Part shown: positions 61,933-64,000 of the stretch, in pieces | Layout of the letters: each line of letters opens with the position of its first letter | Position numbering within the stretch: position 1 is the first letter of the stretch | Source of the DNA: Dehalococcoidia bacterium | Lineage (GTDB): Bacteria > Chloroflexota > Dehalococcoidia > Lucifugimonadales > UBA826 | Direction: 5' to 3' | Assembly (NCBI GenBank): GCA_029936675.1 | Contig: JAPYSB010000002.1 | Coordinates: forward strand, 116,681-180,680 | DNA length: 64,000 nucleotides | The notes under the pieces: generated by a model | Seen by the model: the letters and a program-made list of their open reading frames with translations, nothing else | What the model was told of the DNA's origin: nothing | The model's database searches: none | Program-made: the position numbers and the translations under genes

Positions 61933-62910
61933 ATGGCAGAAATGCTATTAAGAGATGCTATGTCGAAAGCTTTGAGAGAAGCTCTTGATGAGGACGACAG
62001 ATCGTTCCTTATGGGCGAAGACATAGGTGCGTATGGGGGAGCCTACGCGGTCACCAGGGGTTTCTTGGAAAAATATGGGGAAGAGAGGGTTAGGGATACG
62101 CCTATATCTGAATCGGTATTTGTCGGCGCCGGAATTGGTTCAGCAATGATTGGCATGCGACCAATAGTTGAAGTGATGACGATAAATTTTACCCTGGTTG
62201 CAATGGATCAAATAATAAACCATGCGGCAAAACTAAGTTATATGTCTAATGGCCAACTGCAAGTACCACTTATTATACGAACGGTTACTGGAGGCGGAGG
62301 TCAACTAGCAGCAACCCACTCACAAAGTTTTGAGAATTGGTATGCTTCGGTACCTGGCCTTCGGGTTGTTGTACCAGCTACACCGTACGACGCTTTAGGA
62401 ATGTTCAGGTCCTGCAGGAAAGACAATAACCCTATAATTTTTGCAGAACATGCACTTTTATATAGGGTGAAGGGAGAGGTTCCCGAGGAGTATTATGAGG
62501 TGCCTTTAGGAAAGGCAAGGATAGCCAAACCAGGCACTGATGTGACCCTGGTTGCATATTCAGGGATGGTTCGTGTAGCCGAAGAAGCAGCTGCAAAACT
62601 GGAGGAAGATGACATTTCCTCAGAAGTGATAGATTTAAGGTGCCTTTCTCCGTTAGACTTGGATACAGTTATTGAATCGGTTAAAAAAACCAATAGGGTT
62701 GCCATTGTAGAAGAAACTTGGAAAACAGGTGGTTTTTCAGGAACAATCGCTAGTGATATACAAGAGGCAGCATTTGATGAACTTGACGGTCCTGTCATAA
62801 GAATAAACGGACCAGATGTGCCAGCGCCCTACGCTAGAAATATAGAACAACTTATGATCCCAAGTTCAGACTGGGTAGTAAAATCAGTTAAATATAATTT
62901 CGGTCTTTAA
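61933..62910 (+). CDS. 2-oxoacid dehydrogenase E1 beta subunit
   Basis: FLMGEDIGAYGGAYAVTRGFLEKYGEERVRDTPISE, THSQSFENWYASVPGLRVV, IDLRCLSPLD. Confidence 0.92.
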   Translation: MAEMLLRDAMSKALREALDEDDRSFLMGEDIGAYGGAYAVTRGFLEKYGEERVRDTPISESVFVGAGIGSAMIGMRPIVEVMTINFTLVAMDQIINHAAKLSYMSNGQLQVPLIIRTVTGGGGQLAATHSQSFENWYASVPGLRVVVPATPYDALGMFRSCRKDNNPIIFAEHALLYRVKGEVPEEYYEVPLGKARIAKPGTDVTLVAYSGMVRVAEEAAAKLEEDDISSEVIDLRCLSPLDLDTVIESVKKTNRVAIVEETWKTGGFSGTIASDIQEAAFDELDGPVIRINGPDVPAPYARNIEQLMIPSSDWVVKSVKYNFGL

Positions 62911-62926
62911 TGGAGATGAGTCAGAG

Positions 62927-64000
62927 ATGGCCACTGAATTAAAAATGCCCCAAATGGGATATGACATGGAAGAAGGCACCGTCGTTCGCTGGTTAAAAGA
63001 GGAGGGTTCAACGGTAAACCGAAATGAGGCAGTGGCCGAAATAGAAACTGATAAAGCAGTCGTTGAATTTGAATCAGATTCAGAAGGGGTTCTTCTTAAG
63101 ATAGTAGCACCAGAAGGAACCATAGTGCCTGTAGGCCAGACCATAGCTGTAGTTGGCAATGCGGGTGAGGAAGTGGGCGATGTCTCAGATACCCTGATTG
63201 AACAAACAACGGCCATCAATGATTCCGAAACGGAAGATTCTGACCCAGCCGATGAGCCGGAGCAATTCCATGAAACCACAGAGGTCATCAGTGGACCATC
63301 CACCGGCCGAATACTAGCTACCCCTATTGCACGTCGCATAGCCGAGGAACGTCGCATAAGCCTCGCTAATGTATCTGGTTCAGGACCAGGTGGCAGAATC
63401 ACAAAAAAAGATGTCGAAGAATACGAACCAGACCTTTCTTCACAATCAACCTCCCCTGTTTCATTGGAGACAACAATACCCAAGGAGACAGGCAATGATT
63501 CTACATTATCAGTGCCTGTGACATTCATGCCAGGGGAAAAGCAACCGATAAGCAGAATGCGTCAACAGATAGCAAGAGTCACCGTTAAAAGTAAAACTGA
63601 AAAACCTCACTTTTATGTTTCAGCAGAAATAAATATGACCAACGCTATGTCTCTTCGAAAACAAATTAATGACCAACTAAAAGATGATGGCGTTAGATTG
63701 ACAGTAAATGACTTAATTGTGAAAGCGTGTATTCAAGCTTTACAGAAATATCCCAAATTCAACGCTTACTATCAGGACGATGGGATTCAGTATAACGACA
63801 AAATTAACATAGCCGTAGCCATCGCAGATAATGAAGGATTGATAGTCCCAGCTATTTTAGACTGTGGCGAAAAATCACTACGACAAATATCCCAGATGAT
63901 CAAAGATTTGGCTGAAAGATCGTCAAGCGGCACCCTGAGCCCCCAAGAATACACCGGCGGCACATTCGCGATTAGTAACCTAGGAATGTTTGATGTCAGC
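62927..64000 (+). CDS. Dihydrolipoamide acyltransferase (E2), 3'-partial at window end
   Basis: Absent from the ORF track because no stop falls in the window. ATG 62927 gives MATELKMPQMGYDMEEGTVVRWLKEEG...AEIETDKAVVEFES (lipoyl-lysine motif). An acidic linker follows, then the E3-binding motif ATPIARRIAEERRISLANVSGSGPGGRITKKDV and the start of the catalytic domain (KPHFYVS). Confidence 0.9.
   Translation, partial: MATELKMPQMGYDMEEGTVVRWLKEEGSTVNRNEAVAEIETDKAVVEFESDSEGVLLKIVAPEGTIVPVGQTIAVVGNAGEEVGDVSDTLIEQTTAINDSETEDSDPADEPEQFHETTEVISGPSTGRILATPIARRIAEERRISLANVSGSGPGGRITKKDVEEYEPDLSSQSTSPVSLETTIPKETGNDSTLSVPVTFMPGEKQPISRMRQQIARVTVKSKTEKPHFYVSAEINMTNAMSLRKQINDQLKDDGVRLTVNDLIVKACIQALQKYPKFNAYYQDDGIQYNDKINIAVAIADNEGLIVPAILDCGEKSLRQISQMIKDLAERSSSGTLSPQEYTGGTFAISNLGMFDVS

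Noticed and set aside
62884-63528. 214-aa minus-strand ORF from the ORF track
   Set aside because: It is antisense to the E2 acyltransferase gene, whose lipoyl (ETDKA) and E3-binding motifs are unambiguous. The composition is Ser/Thr/Val-rich junk with no RBS. The E2 ORF itself is missing from the track only because it lacks a stop inside the window.

Overview
Dense 64-kb chromosomal window with about 60 protein genes on both strands and three tRNAs (Asn-GTT, Gly-GCC, Phe-GAA). I found no rRNA, CRISPR array, transposase or integrase.

Most of it is catabolic and transport housekeeping:
- two tandem family-5 ABC uptake cassettes
- NhaA, a MATE exporter and an MFS transporter
- two formylglycine-type sulfatases
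- a six-gene operon of lactonase, Mo-hydroxylase (S-L-M), crotonase and sulfatase
- GMC oxidoreductase, enolase-superfamily enzyme, FMN-dependent hydroxyacid dehydrogenase
- ssuD-ssuE plus a second LLM monooxygenase
- a CitE-like lyase with a family III CoA-transferase
- an lpd-E1alpha-E1beta-E2 2-oxoacid dehydrogenase operon that runs off the 3' end

The gene mix, Pro/Ala-linker lipoproteins, PAC2 protein and frequent TTG/GTG starts suggest a marine Chloroflexota (SAR202-like) genome. That is inference only.

The parts that ordinary annotation does not explain:
1. Two divergent paralogs of an unnamed protein family (18576..19370 and 53687..54487). They share an HTH-like N-terminal module and each sits in an AT-rich, gene-poor patch with short direct repeats at its 5' end. 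One lies next to a 1.1-kb non-coding stretch, the other next to tRNA-Asn and a small SAP-like protein.
2. A thiolase-fold protein that has lost the Cys/His/His catalytic positions. It is paired with a DUF35 OB-fold protein and is interrupted by an in-frame TGA inside its conserved C-terminal motif.
3. A DUF1326/DUF2182 Cys-rich pair of a soluble and a membrane protein.
4. A 1765-aa membrane Ser/Thr kinase whose outer region is a duplication of an unrecognised ~550-aa module.
5. A 963-aa hyper-acidic coiled-coil lipoprotein.

Several genes also carry lesions: a frameshifted aldo/keto reductase, and two ORFs whose conserved N-termini lack a start codon. These could be real decay or assembly error.

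All calls come from reading motifs by eye. No searches or statistics were run.
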